A stretch of DNA of 64,000 nt from Neoechinorhynchus agilis (taxonomy: Eukaryota > Animalia > Acanthocephala), in the NCBI GenBank assembly GCA_051530055.1, contig CM121342.1, positions 5,579,489 through 5,643,488 on the forward strand. Direction: 5' to 3'. The position numbers were made by a program, and so were the translations under genes. The notes under the pieces were generated by a model. It searched no databases. It saw only the letters and a list, made by a program, of their open reading frames with translations, and was not told the origin of the DNA. This document shows positions 1-12,429 of the stretch, in pieces; position 1 is the stretch's first letter; each line of letters opens with the position of its first letter.

Positions 1-693
1 GAGTTCAGTGATATGTAAAGGCATAGAGATGAACGAATGCTGAGAAACAATGCTGAAATTCGCAACATTTGTTAGAACCAAGAGTGGTACGCTCACTAAA
101 TTGACCTCAAGGAAGCGTATCCAGTCACAAGTGTCCAGGAATCATAAAGCCGAAACCGTAATATTGTGCAGAATTTCACAAAGATGTCTCGGTACGTTCA
201 TTAGCGGAAAAATGCCCGCTTCATTTAATAAAAATGCAGCTATATCCGCAGACAATATTGGAGATGGCCAAATGATGGGGAAAATGAACGATGTGGCACA
301 AAAAGCGATCCATTACCATCCCAACGCATTGTTTGTGAGTCTTTGTGGAAAACTGGAGACTAATTTTGAGGTTTTTGTGATTTACACTTCCTTCAAAACG
401 TCTCGTCTCTGACATAATTCTCAGGAAACGATTTCTAAACAATGGAGCCCATCAACAGCTCCCCCGCTTTTGGAGACGCACGAATTAACCGTAGCGATTT
501 GTACGATAATTTGGTTGCCAAAGGTGGGGCACGATAATTTGCAATGGAGATTAAATGTGCTGTCATTGTACATTAATCAATCGATGTTCATGACAGACTG
601 ATCATTTAAAGAAGTCATTAGTCGACTTTATGATCGACCTCATTAGATCGGGCGAGATTTCTCTCTCTTACTTTTCTCAAGGTTAAGTGATTG

Positions 694-830
694 GAATTAT
701 CGTGTTTAGAAGTCTTCACTCGCATGATTTTTTCGATTAACCTCATTGGCGGTATTGCCGGTGAGGTTCGCAGAACGTCTTTTTAATCGAAAAAATCATG
801 CGAGTGAAGACTTCTAAACACGATAATTCT
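694..830. mobile_element. MITE-like hairpin element, copy 1
   Basis: 47/48-bp near-perfect inverted arms at 694-740 and 783-830 (gaattatcgtgtttagaagtcttcactcgcatg...); weaker symmetry extends to ~665-858; related copies at ~1093-1277 and ~17363-17484. Confidence 0.7.
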
Positions 831-1092
831 CTAATCATTTTCCCCGGAGAGTAAGGCTTCATTTTTTGAAACGAAAATATATACCAAAAACTGGAAATGC
901 GTTACTGTTGTTAGAAACAAACCGAAAAAGGGTTAAATCATTGCCCACTTTTTTTTCTAACTGTAAACTATTGACAGTTTAGTCTCCAAGTTGAATTAGT
1001 CCAAGGAATGCAGATAGACTGCCTCAGACATATTAATTAACCTATGTGTTTTGTTTCTTGTTAGTTTCAACTTTCTCCTTCAACAAATAAGC

Positions 1093-1277
1093 GATCATAA
1101 TGAGTAGAATTATTATTGAATTTAGAAGTCTTCAAGCGCGGTAAATGATTATTTCGATTAAAAAGACGTTCTGCTAACCTCATTGGCGGTTCATCATCAC
1201 CAGTTTGTTAGTAAGCGAGACCTAAACAATAATTCTAATCGCATTCCCCGGTACCTTACATATCGACATTATGATCT
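1093..1277. mobile_element. MITE-like hairpin element, copy 2 (degenerate)
   Basis: Shares tttagaagtcttca, aacctcattggcgg and gacctaaacaataattc...ttccccgg with the other copies; terminal 10-bp inverted repeat gatcataatg/cattatgatc. Confidence 0.55.
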
Positions 1278-1442
1278 CATTTAAATCATAAATCCCTCAA
1301 TTCAAAGTAGTCGCGGAAGCTGCCTGAAATAAACTTTAACGTATTTCATTTAATATTTTCTCAGAAGTTTTTGCGGAAAAGTACAAAAAAAGTCCCGGTT
1401 ATTTTCACCTTCTTCAATATAACTTCTATATACGGCAACCAG

Positions 1443-3168
1443 ATTAAATGACTGGCTCGATACGGATCAATGTTCCGAATTTATAATATGTGATACGCGA
1501 TCTTCGAAACTTATTTTGTTTCTGGTAAAGATTCTGGTTACCTTTATCGGATCATTGAGGTTGGTATGACATTCGATAGATCAACCAGTTTTTTTCCATA
1601 ATGTGTCCGTTATTAGAAACCCTTCGGATAAACTAAAGGAGAATCAACGTGAGCTCATGAGATTAATTGAACAGAATCCGGATCCTAATGCCGGAGAAGA
1701 TTGTTTTACACCCTCTCAAAATAGGTTGGTCGACTAATGATATTTGTGTTTTTTAATGATTATAAAATAGAGACCTTTTTTATCGAGTTCTCAATATTTC
1801 GTCCGTCTCGTTGGACTTCTTTAGGTTGTAAAATCTAAAAAAATAAGACAGACGAAATATTGACAAAGTCGCATCACATTCATTATCTGGACTTCCGATT
1901 TTTGGTAACCGGAAACTTTTTGCTCTACATTTTTTTTAACAAAGCGTTCATCATTCGATAAATCGCAGTAATAAAGTGGATGCCTTGACCAAATTCTCTG
2001 TTTTCTTTTTTAGACCTGACATTGTTGATGTGTTTTTGGCTCAAAGGTTTTACGGCCGGATGCTTTTCCTGACGGGTTTGGGACCAGCACCGAGCCATTA
2101 TTGTAAATGATTTAAATTTTTATACTATTAACTTGCCCCGAATGAGTCAAAGGTTGCTTATCTGAGTTTCGAATGGTCGTTTTCTACAACAAAACTCGTA
2201 TTTTTCCGATGAGTTTCGACTATTTCCGGCTTTGTTTCGATCCAGTTTCGATGTGAAATTCTATGCTTTCGTCGCATACGTCTCGATTTCAATATGATGA
2301 GAATGCGAGATGACTTGCAGTTTAAACTCTAGACCGCATGACCACCAAACTAAATGAAGAACCCTTTAACTTTTAGAAAAATCTATACTTTTGGTGGTGT
2401 TTTCGAAGAAAAATTCGATGGCAACACCTTTTAAATTCGCCGAGGTGATTGAATTAGGAAAATCCTACTTTCTCAACAAGAAGAGTTTATAAACATTCGC
2501 GCCACCGCTCTGAATCACTCAGCTGCCATTCTAATGCCAAAAAAATCGTGATTTTTAACGATCAAAGATTTAGGAATCTCGGGACACGCCAATGCCAGCG
2601 GAGAATGCCGAAGATTTAATTATAAGCGTTTTTGACATCTCTACGACCCTAGAAATAAATCACGTTTAATGCAATCCTCAAACTCACTTTTATTTGAGGT
2701 ACATCTCGTACTTTAACCACAGAGAAAGGTTCAATAACCAATATTCTATAAAACTGAGATACATTCACGTGAAGAACACAATGAACGTCAGCTCAAGAGG
2801 AGGATCACGGACGGTAATAGTAATCTACCAATCAGCCAAACAGGTCTATAAATCGGCAACCTAGTGAGTTCATTTTGTCGTATCTCTTTCACATTGAACC
2901 ACAAGTCCAATGATGAACACTCCTGACTGGAACATGCTAACAATCAGATTGATACCTTTTTTGAAGCTTAAAGGAGACATTTGCCTTCGTGTCTATAACA
3001 AAAGAGCCAATGGACGCTCTAAGAAACTCATGTTTGCGTGCCAATTTAACACGGCTTGGATCCAAGGCAAACGAAACTTGAGTTTTGATCAACAAGATCT
3101 TGATTTTATAAGGAATATCGGTATCAATGATAATTGCAAGGTCTTTCTTCGCTTGAAGTTCGTTAAAG
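1443..3168 (+). CDS. TNS: Tensin N-terminal region (degenerate PTP-like domain + PTEN-type C2), 5' end unresolved
   Basis: Phase-compatible GT-AG exons 1443-1559, 1617-1724, 2699-2863, 2906-3168 translate to RLNDWLDTD..., TPSQNR|YISYF, IYQSAKQVYKS, LKGDICLRVYNK, MFACQFNTAWI, matching tensin PSQRRYVHYF / IYQ..VY.S / LKGD..KCYHK / FRVQFHT. P-loop is degenerate (ICDTRSSK). Ends at a phase-1 GTGAGT donor at 3169. Confidence 0.8.
2045..2100 (-). mobile_element. RTE 5'-UTR / twister-ribozyme-like remnant
   Basis: Minus strand taatggctcggtgctggtcccaaaccc...gcatccggccgtaaaacc is homologous to 16513-16574. Confidence 0.45.
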
Positions 3169-3439
3169 GTGAGTCCATAGTAGAGATTGTAGGCCACTTT
3201 GAAACCCGATTACTCGAGCGATTGATTTTATTATAATTGATTCCATTGTCCGACACAGTCATTGTGTCTATTCACCATTACTTCAAAAAATAAACATAAA
3301 GCCTTCAATTCCAAAACGTATAATTTTCGGGTCTTTTCAATACTTGTAGGATTTTAGATCTCAAATGTTGTTTATTTGGCGTGTCAATTTGTCAGGAAAA
3401 TAGTCGATTTATCTGTAGTCTCCAGCACTTGAAACCAGC

Positions 3440-5290
3440 TATTGCCCTTGTTTATCGAACAAATTTTGTTTGTTTTCCCAAAAACCCTTTTTTCTGGCCA
3501 AAAAAAGCAGCACTGGGCTTGTAGGAAAAGTATCATTGGTCCAATAAATAGAATCGATGTGAGATTTGGCCCTATCTATCGGTTTGAATTTTTTTCGGAG
3601 GTTACATGAACGCGGATCCCAAAATTCGATTATTTGTGATTTTATTAACCAAATCAAAATTCGTGTGTTTAATCGATATTTTGGGGTTTTTCCGTCAAAA
3701 AAAGCAGCACTGAACTTGTCGGAAAAGTATCATTGGTCCAATAAACAGAATCGATGTGGGATTTGGCCTTTTTCGGAGGTTACATGAACGCGGATCCCAA
3801 AATTCGTTTATTTGTGATTTTATTAACAAAAGAAAAATTCGTGTGTTTAATCGATATTTTGGGGTTTTTCCGTCAAAAAAAGCAGCACTGAACTTGTCGG
3901 AAAAATATCATTGGTCCAATAAACAGAATCGATGTTAGATTTGGCCTTTTTCGGAGGTTACATGAACGCGGATCCCAAAATTCGTTTATTTGTGATTTTA
4001 TTAACAAAATCAAAATTCGTGTGTTTAATCGATATTTTGGGGTTTTTCCGTCAAAAAAAGCAGCACTGAACTTGTCGGAAAAGTATCATTGGTCCAATAA
4101 ACAGAATCGATGTTAGATTTGGCCGTATCTATCGGTTTGAACTTTTTTTCTTAGGTTACATGAACGCGGATCCCAAAATTCGTTTATTTGTGATTTTAAT
4201 AACAAAATCAAAATTCGTGTGTTTAATCGATATTTGGGGTTTTTCCGTCAAAAAAGCAGCACTGAACTTGTCGGAAAAATATCATTGGTCCAATAAACAG
4301 AATCGATGTAGATTTGGCTTTTTTCAGGTTACATGAACGCGGATCCCAAAATTCGTTTATTTGTGATTTTATAACAAAATCAAAATTGTGTTTAATCGAT
4401 ATTTTGGGGTTTTTCCGTCAAAAAAAGCAGCACTGAACTTGTCGGAAAAATATCATTGGTCCAATAAACAGAATCGATGTGAGATTTGGCCGTATCTATC
4501 GGTTTGAACTTTTTTTCTTAGGTTACATGAACGCGGATCCCAAAATTCGTTTATTTGTGATTTTAATAACAAAATCAAAATTCGTGTGTTTAATCGATAT
4601 TTTGGGGTTTTTCCGTCAAAAAAAGCAGCACTGAACTTGTCGGAAAAATATCATTGGTCCAATAAACAGAATCGATGTGAGATTTGGCCGTATCTATCGG
4701 TTTGAACTTTTTTTCTTAGGTTACATGAACGCGGATCCCAAAATTCGTTTATTTGTGATTTTAATAACAAAATCAAAATTCGTGTGTTTAATCGATATTT
4801 TGGGGTTTTTCCGTCAAAAAAAGCAGCACTGAACTTGTCGGAAAAATATCATTGGTCCAATAAACAGAATCGATGTGAGATTTGGCCTTTCAGGTTACAT
4901 GAACGCGGATCCCAAAATTCGTTATTTGTGATTTTATGGGTTTTTCCGTCAAAAAAGCAGCACTGCTTGTGGAAAATATCATTGGTCAATAAAGAATCGA
5001 TGTAGATTTGGCCGTATCTATCGGTTTGAACTTTTTTTCTTAGGTTACATGAACGCGGATCCCAAAATTCGATTATTTGTGATTTTAATAACAAAATCAA
5101 AATTCGTGTGTTTAATCGATATTTTGGGGTTTTTCCGTCAAAAAAAGCAGCACTGAACTTGTCGGAAAAGTATCATTGGTCCAATCAATAGAATCGATGT
5201 GAGATTTGGCCGTATCTATCGGTTTGAACTTTTTTTCTTAGGTTACATGAACGCGGATCCCAAAATTCGATTATTTGTGCTTTTAATCGA
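3440..5290. repeat. Tandem satellite, ~180/200-bp unit variants, ~10 copies
   Basis: Recurrent gttacatgaacgcggatcccaaaattcg at spacings of ~150-200 bp; long and short variants differ by a ~20-bp gtatctatcggtttgaactt block. Confidence 0.95.
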
Positions 5291-5445
5291 TAATTTGGTT
5301 CTCAGAGTGATAAAACGATCGTTTTCTCCGTTTTTCCGCCACTTTTTTCCAAAAGAACATTTGAATATCTTTCCACGGTCGATTCCTTCCTCAGCTACTT
5401 TAAAAGAACATTCAGTTCCGTCATTAGACGAAAGACAATGGAGCG

Positions 5446-5922
5446 ATGAACGTATTGGTGATCGCTGTAGCGCAGTATCCACCAATGACGATCTCGTCGG
5501 TTTCTAGTCGATTAACGAAACCGTTCATCCCGATGCTTTCATGGACTAAAAAGGACGCTCGTCGTCGTGTCCAAAGTCTTTATCACGCTTGGATTCGCCA
5601 GATTCCGTTCATAATCGTCCGATACGACGGTCCGCTTCACCCGCGACAAATGACCGATATCGTTAAGGCAGAATTTATGAAGCACCGGGACGTTGAGGAT
5701 CTTAGTGGTCTTGTGTTCAACGAAGAGGCTTATTTCTTTTGAACACATCTCCTTAGAGTTATCGATATGCTGGTCTGTAAAGGTGAGCAGCAACTGTTTG
5801 AAATCGCCTCTCATTGGCAACAGGACGATCATGTAATGCACTTCTTCGATAAACGTCCGGAGAAAGATTATGAGGAAGCTAGGAAGTCCTTTATGAATCG
5901 ATTTTTACGGGGAATTGATTGA
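5446..5922 (+). CDS. NDUFA6: NADH:ubiquinone oxidoreductase subunit A6 (LYR family), 2 exons
   Basis: Exon 1 ARRRVQSLYHAWIRQIP...VKAEFMKHRDVEDL; intron ~5708-5758 (GT..AG); exon 2 VIDMLVCKGEQQLFEIASHWQQDDHVMHFF...FMNRFLRGID* matches NDUFA6 VVDLLVIKG..EL.E....WKQ.THVMRFF. Start may be 5485. Confidence 0.9.
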
Positions 5923-7285
5923 ATTTGTCAATGGACCAGAAAAATGGGCGCATTTAGTCTTTTGAATCTCTATGAACACGATAAAAAGATTTTCTCTTTA
6001 CGTTATTGCCTCAACGATTCGATTATTTTGTAAACTGGTCTTTGATTAAAAAATCCGTTGAAATTTCAGAATTTTTTTGTTTTTTGGGAGATGTGTTTTT
6101 TTGGAGAATCTTGCAGCTCAAAACTGCTGCTTATGCTTCATTTCGCTAGAAGGCCTCTTACATTTGTCCTGTCGCGGACAATTGACGAAGTAAAAGACAC
6201 TCAGTCTTGTCGTTTTGTTTTTTGATGACTCAATCGAAAATTAAGGAAAAGAAAGCAATCTTAAATATGAAATATCTTCAATCTCTTAAGTTGTTATCAC
6301 GAGTTTTTTTGTTATTTTTTTTGCTGACCAATATGCCTTACTTTAAAGAACCAATGAGGTTCCATAAAATGCAAGTATCTCATCTGATTGGCTCGCTCTC
6401 AGTATTTTCTCATTTTACTCGATTAGAAAAGAAATTTTTGGCATGCGTTCGAAGGCGTTTCCAGGTCGAGGACGACGCCATGTGCAGATCGTTTGTCTAA
6501 ATATTTAATTATTTTGGATTTCTACGCAAATGGGGACACTGGCAACGTCTTGGAATTTTGAAAATCTTTATTGATTTGAAAACAATCAATTATTTGATCC
6601 GAATAATTTTTATGTTCCAATGTTACTAGAAAAAAAAGAGGTAAAAATCGCATTTGATCAACCTTCTTATAATTTTACTCGATTTCTTAGGGTCTATATT
6701 TTCGTGGCTACAAAGTAGTTTGTCAATTTTCTCTGGTGCCTTGCGCACTATATCAAGAACCCAGAAACAACCTTGTAAAAGACGATTATGTCACTCGGAT
6801 TCAATGGAAATTCTTGTGATTTTTTTATACGTCAAATTGACAAAAACTGGAGCTTTCTCTCAAAATCTTAAGGTGTTAACGGATCTCAATTTGAAGTGTT
6901 TATGTTAATAGTTGACGCCATAGCTAATTCCGTATAGTTCTCGTTTATGTTGCACCTTCACGACAGATGTTCCAGAACTCGTCTGAACGTTGTCGATTCA
7001 TTTGTCTCGTTCCTTCCTCGTTTCCAATTCAATTTCCTTAAACTAATTGAAAAAGTGATAACCTCGTTAGTCAAGTCTTGTGCAGACATATCAGGTTCCT
7101 CCGTACGCATTTGCACTTGGCGTTCCTCCATCATCCGCCGCCAAGGCGATGAAAACCAGCAATATCGCCTCCATTCAAGTACATCAGGCTAAGATTATAT
7201 TTACGAGTGGGGGAAGACGCCGCCGTCGCTCTTGTGTGTTCAATTTGGTGTTCTTGGTTCAATCGCTGGATAAAGCACTGAACAA

Positions 7286-7388
7286 ATGGACGATTACTCC
7301 CTTCCACCTACTTTGGCCTTCTTCGTCCTATCTGTACTCATCGCAATTATTTTAAAGAGATTTTTACTCGCAGAAAAAAAGAATAAAG
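7286..7388 (+). CDS. Putative first exon encoding an N-terminal transmembrane/signal-anchor helix
   Basis: ATG...MDDYSLPPTLAFFVLSVLIAIILKRFLLAEKKNK followed by a phase-1 GTTAGT donor; partner exon uncertain. Confidence 0.4.
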
Positions 7389-7763
7389 GTTAGTTGGGAA
7401 ACACACGCGTAACATCCAGTTGGTGCCGCCTGACACTAGGAATCTCATCAACTCTTAATGGACGTCTAAAAGGAAACCGAATGTCTCTCAGCCTCTCTCT
7501 CAAGTGTTCATAATGACTCTCGCACGCGCCTCTATACAATGTCTATTTCACCAATGGAAATTTTTAGAAATACTTGAAATCTCTTGTAGACTTTAATGAA
7601 GAACCTCACGTCTCGGAAACATCTCTCTCGGTGATCTAGGAACTCGTTTATCATCTCCAGCTAATGATTGTTCCCCTGATTCGCACTTCTTCGTACGTGA
7701 TATCACTCCTTTTTCCGATAACATTTCTTTCCAGAATCCAGTGGAGCGCGATAAATTCTATCA

Positions 7764-9197
7764 ATGATTCTTCATTTTCCTCATTTCCAATATTTTTCTA
7801 GTCCAATGGAAACTTTTATAGACCAGTTTCTTTATTCAATCTCCTTGTTCCTGGGCACACAAACAAAAGTTCGACCGACGATTCTTCATTTTCCTCTTTT
7901 ACAATATTTTTCTAGTCTAATGGAAACTTTTATAGAACAGTTTCTTTATTCAATCTCCTTGTTCCTTGACACACAAACAAAAGCTCTCCCGATGATTCTT
8001 CACTTTCCTCGTTTCCAATATTTTTCTAGTCTAATGGAAACTTTTATAGACCAGTTTCTTTATTCAATTTCCTTGTTCCTTTGCATTCAAACAAAAGTTC
8101 GACCGACGATTCTTCACTTTGCTCATTTCCAATATTTTTCTAGTCTAATGGAAACTTTTATAGACCAGTTTCTTTATTCAATTTCCTTGTTCCTTGACAC
8201 ACAAACAAAAGCTCTACCGATGATTCTTCACTTTCCTCATTTCCAATATTTTTCTAGTCTAATGGAAACTTTTATAGACCAGTTTCTTTATTCAATCTCC
8301 TTGTTCCTTGACACACAAACAAAAGCTCTATCGATGATTCTTCACTTTGCTCATTTCCAATATTTTTCTAGTCTAATGGAAACTTTTATAGACCAGTTTC
8401 TTTATTCAATCTCCTTGTTCCTTGGCACACAAACAAAAGCTCTACCGATGATTCTTCACTTTCCTCATTTCCAATATTTTTCTAGTCTAATGGAAACTTT
8501 TATAGACCAGTTTCTTTATTCAATCTCCTTGTTCCTTGGCACACAAACAAAAGCTCTACCGATGATTCTTCACTTTCCTCATTTCCAATATTTTTCTAGT
8601 CTAATGGAAACTTTTATAGACCAGTTTCTTTATTCAATCTCCTTGTTCCTTGGCACACAAACAAAAGCTCTACCGATCATTTTTAACTTTCCTCATTTCC
8701 AATATTTTTCTAGTCTAATGGAAACTTTTATAGACCAGTTTCTTTATTCAATTTCCTTGTTCCTGGGCACACAAACAAAAGTTCGACCGACGATTCTTCA
8801 CTTTGCTCATTTCCAATATTTTTCTAGTCTAATGGAAACTTTTATAGACCAGTTTCTTTATTCAATCTCCTTGTTCCTTGACACACAAACAAAAGCTCTA
8901 TCGATGATTCTTCATTTTCCTCATTTCCAATATTTTTCTAGTCTAATGGAAACTTTTATAGACCAGTTTCTTTATTCAATCTCCTTGTTCCTGGGCACAC
9001 AAACAAAAGTTCGACCGATGATTCTTCATTTTCCTCATTTCCAATATTTTTCTAGTCTAATGGAAACTTTTATAGACCAGTTTCTTTATTCAATCTCCTT
9101 GTTCTTGGGCACACAAACAAAAGTTCGACCGATGATTCTTCACTTTGCTCATTTCCAATATTTTTCTAGTCTAATGGAAGCTTTTATAGACGAACAT
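7764..9197. repeat. Tandem array, 114-bp unit, ~12.6 copies (stop-free in one + frame)
   Basis: Unit starts at 7764, 7878, ...; 38-aa periodicity in the 478-aa ORF; minus strand has stops in all frames of the unit examined. Confidence 0.95.
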
Positions 9198-10466
9198 TGA
9201 TCATTGAAGTCTAAAAATGTACATAAAGATCTATAACCCCAATCGTAATCACTGTTTGATTGTACGAATATCGACCAAATACTATTTTGTTATGAATATG
9301 GATATCGGTATAGAAAAACACACGTTTAAGACCGTATTGATTGGTAAATGCATTTTTGTCTGAATTCTGACTGTTTAAACTATTCCGTTTTCGATAGAAA
9401 ATTAAAGAATTTAAAGTGTAATCACCTTGGTTAAACTTCGTTTCCGAGATGTACGTTAAGAAAGTTACACTCAACGTCTTGCGTATATTTATGTTGATTT
9501 CGAATTTACCTACGTTGAGAGTTTCCCAAAAAGCTCGTCTTATCAAATTTAAACCTTGTTGAAAATTAATTTATAAAAAAAGAGAGTTTTTTCGCGATTT
9601 TGGTTCCCAGTTCTGCAACTGGTGCTCATTATGTATCTACACCATTTATCACTCGTTTGATTTATAACGCTCCTCGAAGCTTGATGTATCCGGTTAACCA
9701 CATTAAAAAAAACGAAAGCACCTACTCCCATCCACACTGCATTCGCCACACCGTCACTCACATTAACCGTACACGCACACAACACTCGTACGTGAGTTTT
9801 TGTAATCGTTGTTTTTTTAATTGGTTTCTGTGTTCAATCATGCACCGCCGTCACTCAGAAACGGACTCATCCTCTGGATTAGAAGAGAAAATGTTAAAAT
9901 TGTCTATTCGTTTATTGAAGTCGGACACGCCACGGACACCCGAAGACGAGGGAGAAGAAGAGTGTTGCCTCGTCGAATATGAACGGCACGAAAAAGAGAT
10001 TGTTGAGTTAAATGAGGAAGGTGCGCTCGAGTTTTCGGTGTCCTAGAAGGACAAAGTTGCTGAGGCACCAACAACCCCGTCCTCTATTTAGGAGAAGACA
10101 GTACAGTTCAAGGACGACGACAACAACATAGTTCTCCAATAACCTACAAACAAGAAGGTCTGTACTGTTCGTTAGAATGTGTATAGTTTTGAGCAGAAAA
10201 AGTAGTCGAGGAAAGACTTGTCAGCACCGACGTGTTTCTGTCAAAGCAGCATATTTCCCTAATGGCCACCACCACCACCACTGCCTGGATTCAGTCCGTT
10301 TCGTTTGCGGTCGTCACTAGAGCGTTCCTCGCGCACACAGAATGTCTCATTTGGGGATAAAAGACCTTTCCTCCCCTGGATTACACAATCATCTATAATC
10401 AGCACACACAAAAAATCAGAAGAGGAACTGGCGATAAGGCCACATTCCTTCTTTAAAAAAACTGCT

Positions 10467-10545
10467 ATGGATTGTTCCGGTTGCTCAAGTAGACAGCACC
10501 AACGACGACAACGACGCTGCTGCTGTCTACTTAATTGCACAAAAG
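10467..10545 (+). CDS. Putative first exon encoding a Cys-rich basic peptide
   Basis: MDCSGCSSRQHQRRQRRCCCLLNCTK then a phase-1 GTAAAT donor at 10546. Confidence 0.3.
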
Positions 10546-12429
10546 GTAAATTTAATCCCAAGGTCTAGTAGGTTTGAAGGGTATGCATTCCATTAATGCT
10601 TAAGAAAAGGTCATTGTAGTGCACCTACAAATATAATGCTTCTGAAGCCATTACTCTGTTATCGAGGAACCCGAGAAGGTATGACAAATGCGAACAAGAT
10701 GCTTTGGAAGGACGTGTTAGGGAATGCAATCAGCTGTGATTGGTCGGGCATGATATCCAATCTAATTAGTCCAAGTGAATAATTTTGTCCGTTTTTTAGT
10801 AGTGGCTTCTTGAAAACCTTTTGACACTCCATTATGTGTAATGTGAAGTTGGAGAAAATAGTGTTTACTTTCTTAGGCACTAACCGAAATTCAAGAAAAG
10901 TATCCATCGTTCAAATCTCTGTGCTTTACAATGAAACCTCAATCGATTAAGTTTCAAGACATCGTGGCTGTATTTTATAAGATCTCCCTCTCTTTTGTAC
11001 CTTTATTCAGATTACTCGACATTTTCTTTGCTCTCCATAGCTACCAACAAAAATGTTAGCAGCGGATCCATTTGCGCATTCTCGCGATTACTGTCTGCTG
11101 TAGTGACAAGGCATTGTTGAAGCCATTTATTTTCTCGCTTTTGCGCCCCTGCTATTTGAGTGTTATCGACTCCTCCTCCACCTAATCTATGCGTATATGT
11201 TTATTTTGATAAATAATTTTGAGTTGATCTAATAGGTATCAGAGATGAGAACGGTTATCTGTGTAGTAGATTATATCTCATAGCGATAAACTCGGATTTC
11301 CAAAAGACGATATCTAGTTACTTGGAGTCAGAAGATTGATTCTCTTCTTAGCTGCTGCTGCTTAGAGGGTGAAATTGCGCACTCGGTGCCAAAACGATCA
11401 AAATATAAGGAGCTTTTACGTTAGATTTCATGGCTCCTCCTCTAGTAGAAGAGGTCAATGCCTCCCCGATAAATCAATACGATTGTTTACCGTACTCTAT
11501 AGGAGCCAATCATTTTTATAAACAAATGATTTTCAAAGTAGCATCGTGAGACCGTATAGATGTGTTCACCTGAACGACGCATCCAACAATGTTGGTTTCG
11601 GTTTCGACATTTCAAATTTTCCGCTATCTGACGTTGTGTCATTTGTAATGATTTAGTAACAGAAAAACCCGAGACGAACTTTTTGAACTCACCAAGTGGA
11701 GGGGAAAACAAGAACTCATTGTTGTCGATGATAAAGCGGGCAATGATGTGGGTGAAGATGCAGCGGTCTAAATTCGGTATGGGAAATAAGTTTTCCTAAT
11801 CCACGGGTGCCTTTTTTTTAATTTTGTCCGCCATTTTAGTATCTTTTAGACTGCAACACTTCTATATGCCATAAATTTTCCATAAGCTCATGAAGCATTT
11901 CGGGAAATGTCAGCAACGAACTGAGATGACAGTGATCCATAGATCTTTGATCCCAGAAAACGCCTAGAGACAATTGAGCTCTCATGAACACCCACCCGTT
12001 CGCCAGTAATGCACCTTGAGTTTTCCCCACTCTTTTAACATCTAATCATAAGATCTCGATATGACATTTTCTTGAGCCAAAAATAAACAGTAGAAATTTG
12101 CATTTTTCTCGTGTGTTTTGGGCGCTTTTGGTCACAAGACCAAGATTTTAGTCCTCGCTTACGGTCATCGTTACTCTTGATTTACAGTCTTGCAATCAAA
12201 TTAAAAAAAGTGCGCACAATATAATTTGAATCGGTGCAATTACAAGAAATAGGTGCTTTTACATATCTTAAAGAATATTTACATTTGTGGCACGAGTCGA
12301 GTTCCATTTCTTCTTATTAATCCCGATGCTTCCTCCCAGAATCGCAAAGTTGAGATTAAATCGGATTTCAAGTACCCGTTTTCGCATAATTTCGGTTGTT
12401 TCAGAGGCCGATGACCCTTCAATCCTAGC

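Noticed and set aside
50-412. 120-aa ORF at the window start
   Set aside because: No recognisable domain or splice context.
1420-1422. In-frame TAA aligning with a tensin Lys, hinting at stop-codon reassignment
   Set aside because: A canonical AG acceptor at 1441-42 places it in an intron; long ORFs contain no internal TAA/TAG and genes end in all three stops.
3439-5507. Short ORFs in the 3.4-5.3-kb array
   Set aside because: Satellite translations broken by indels.
6950-7190. Minus-strand 76-codon segment with faint HMG-box-like spacing (SPWRRMMEERQVQMRTEEPDMSAQDLTNE)
   Set aside because: No consistent upstream exon or start could be built, and the resemblance is too weak.
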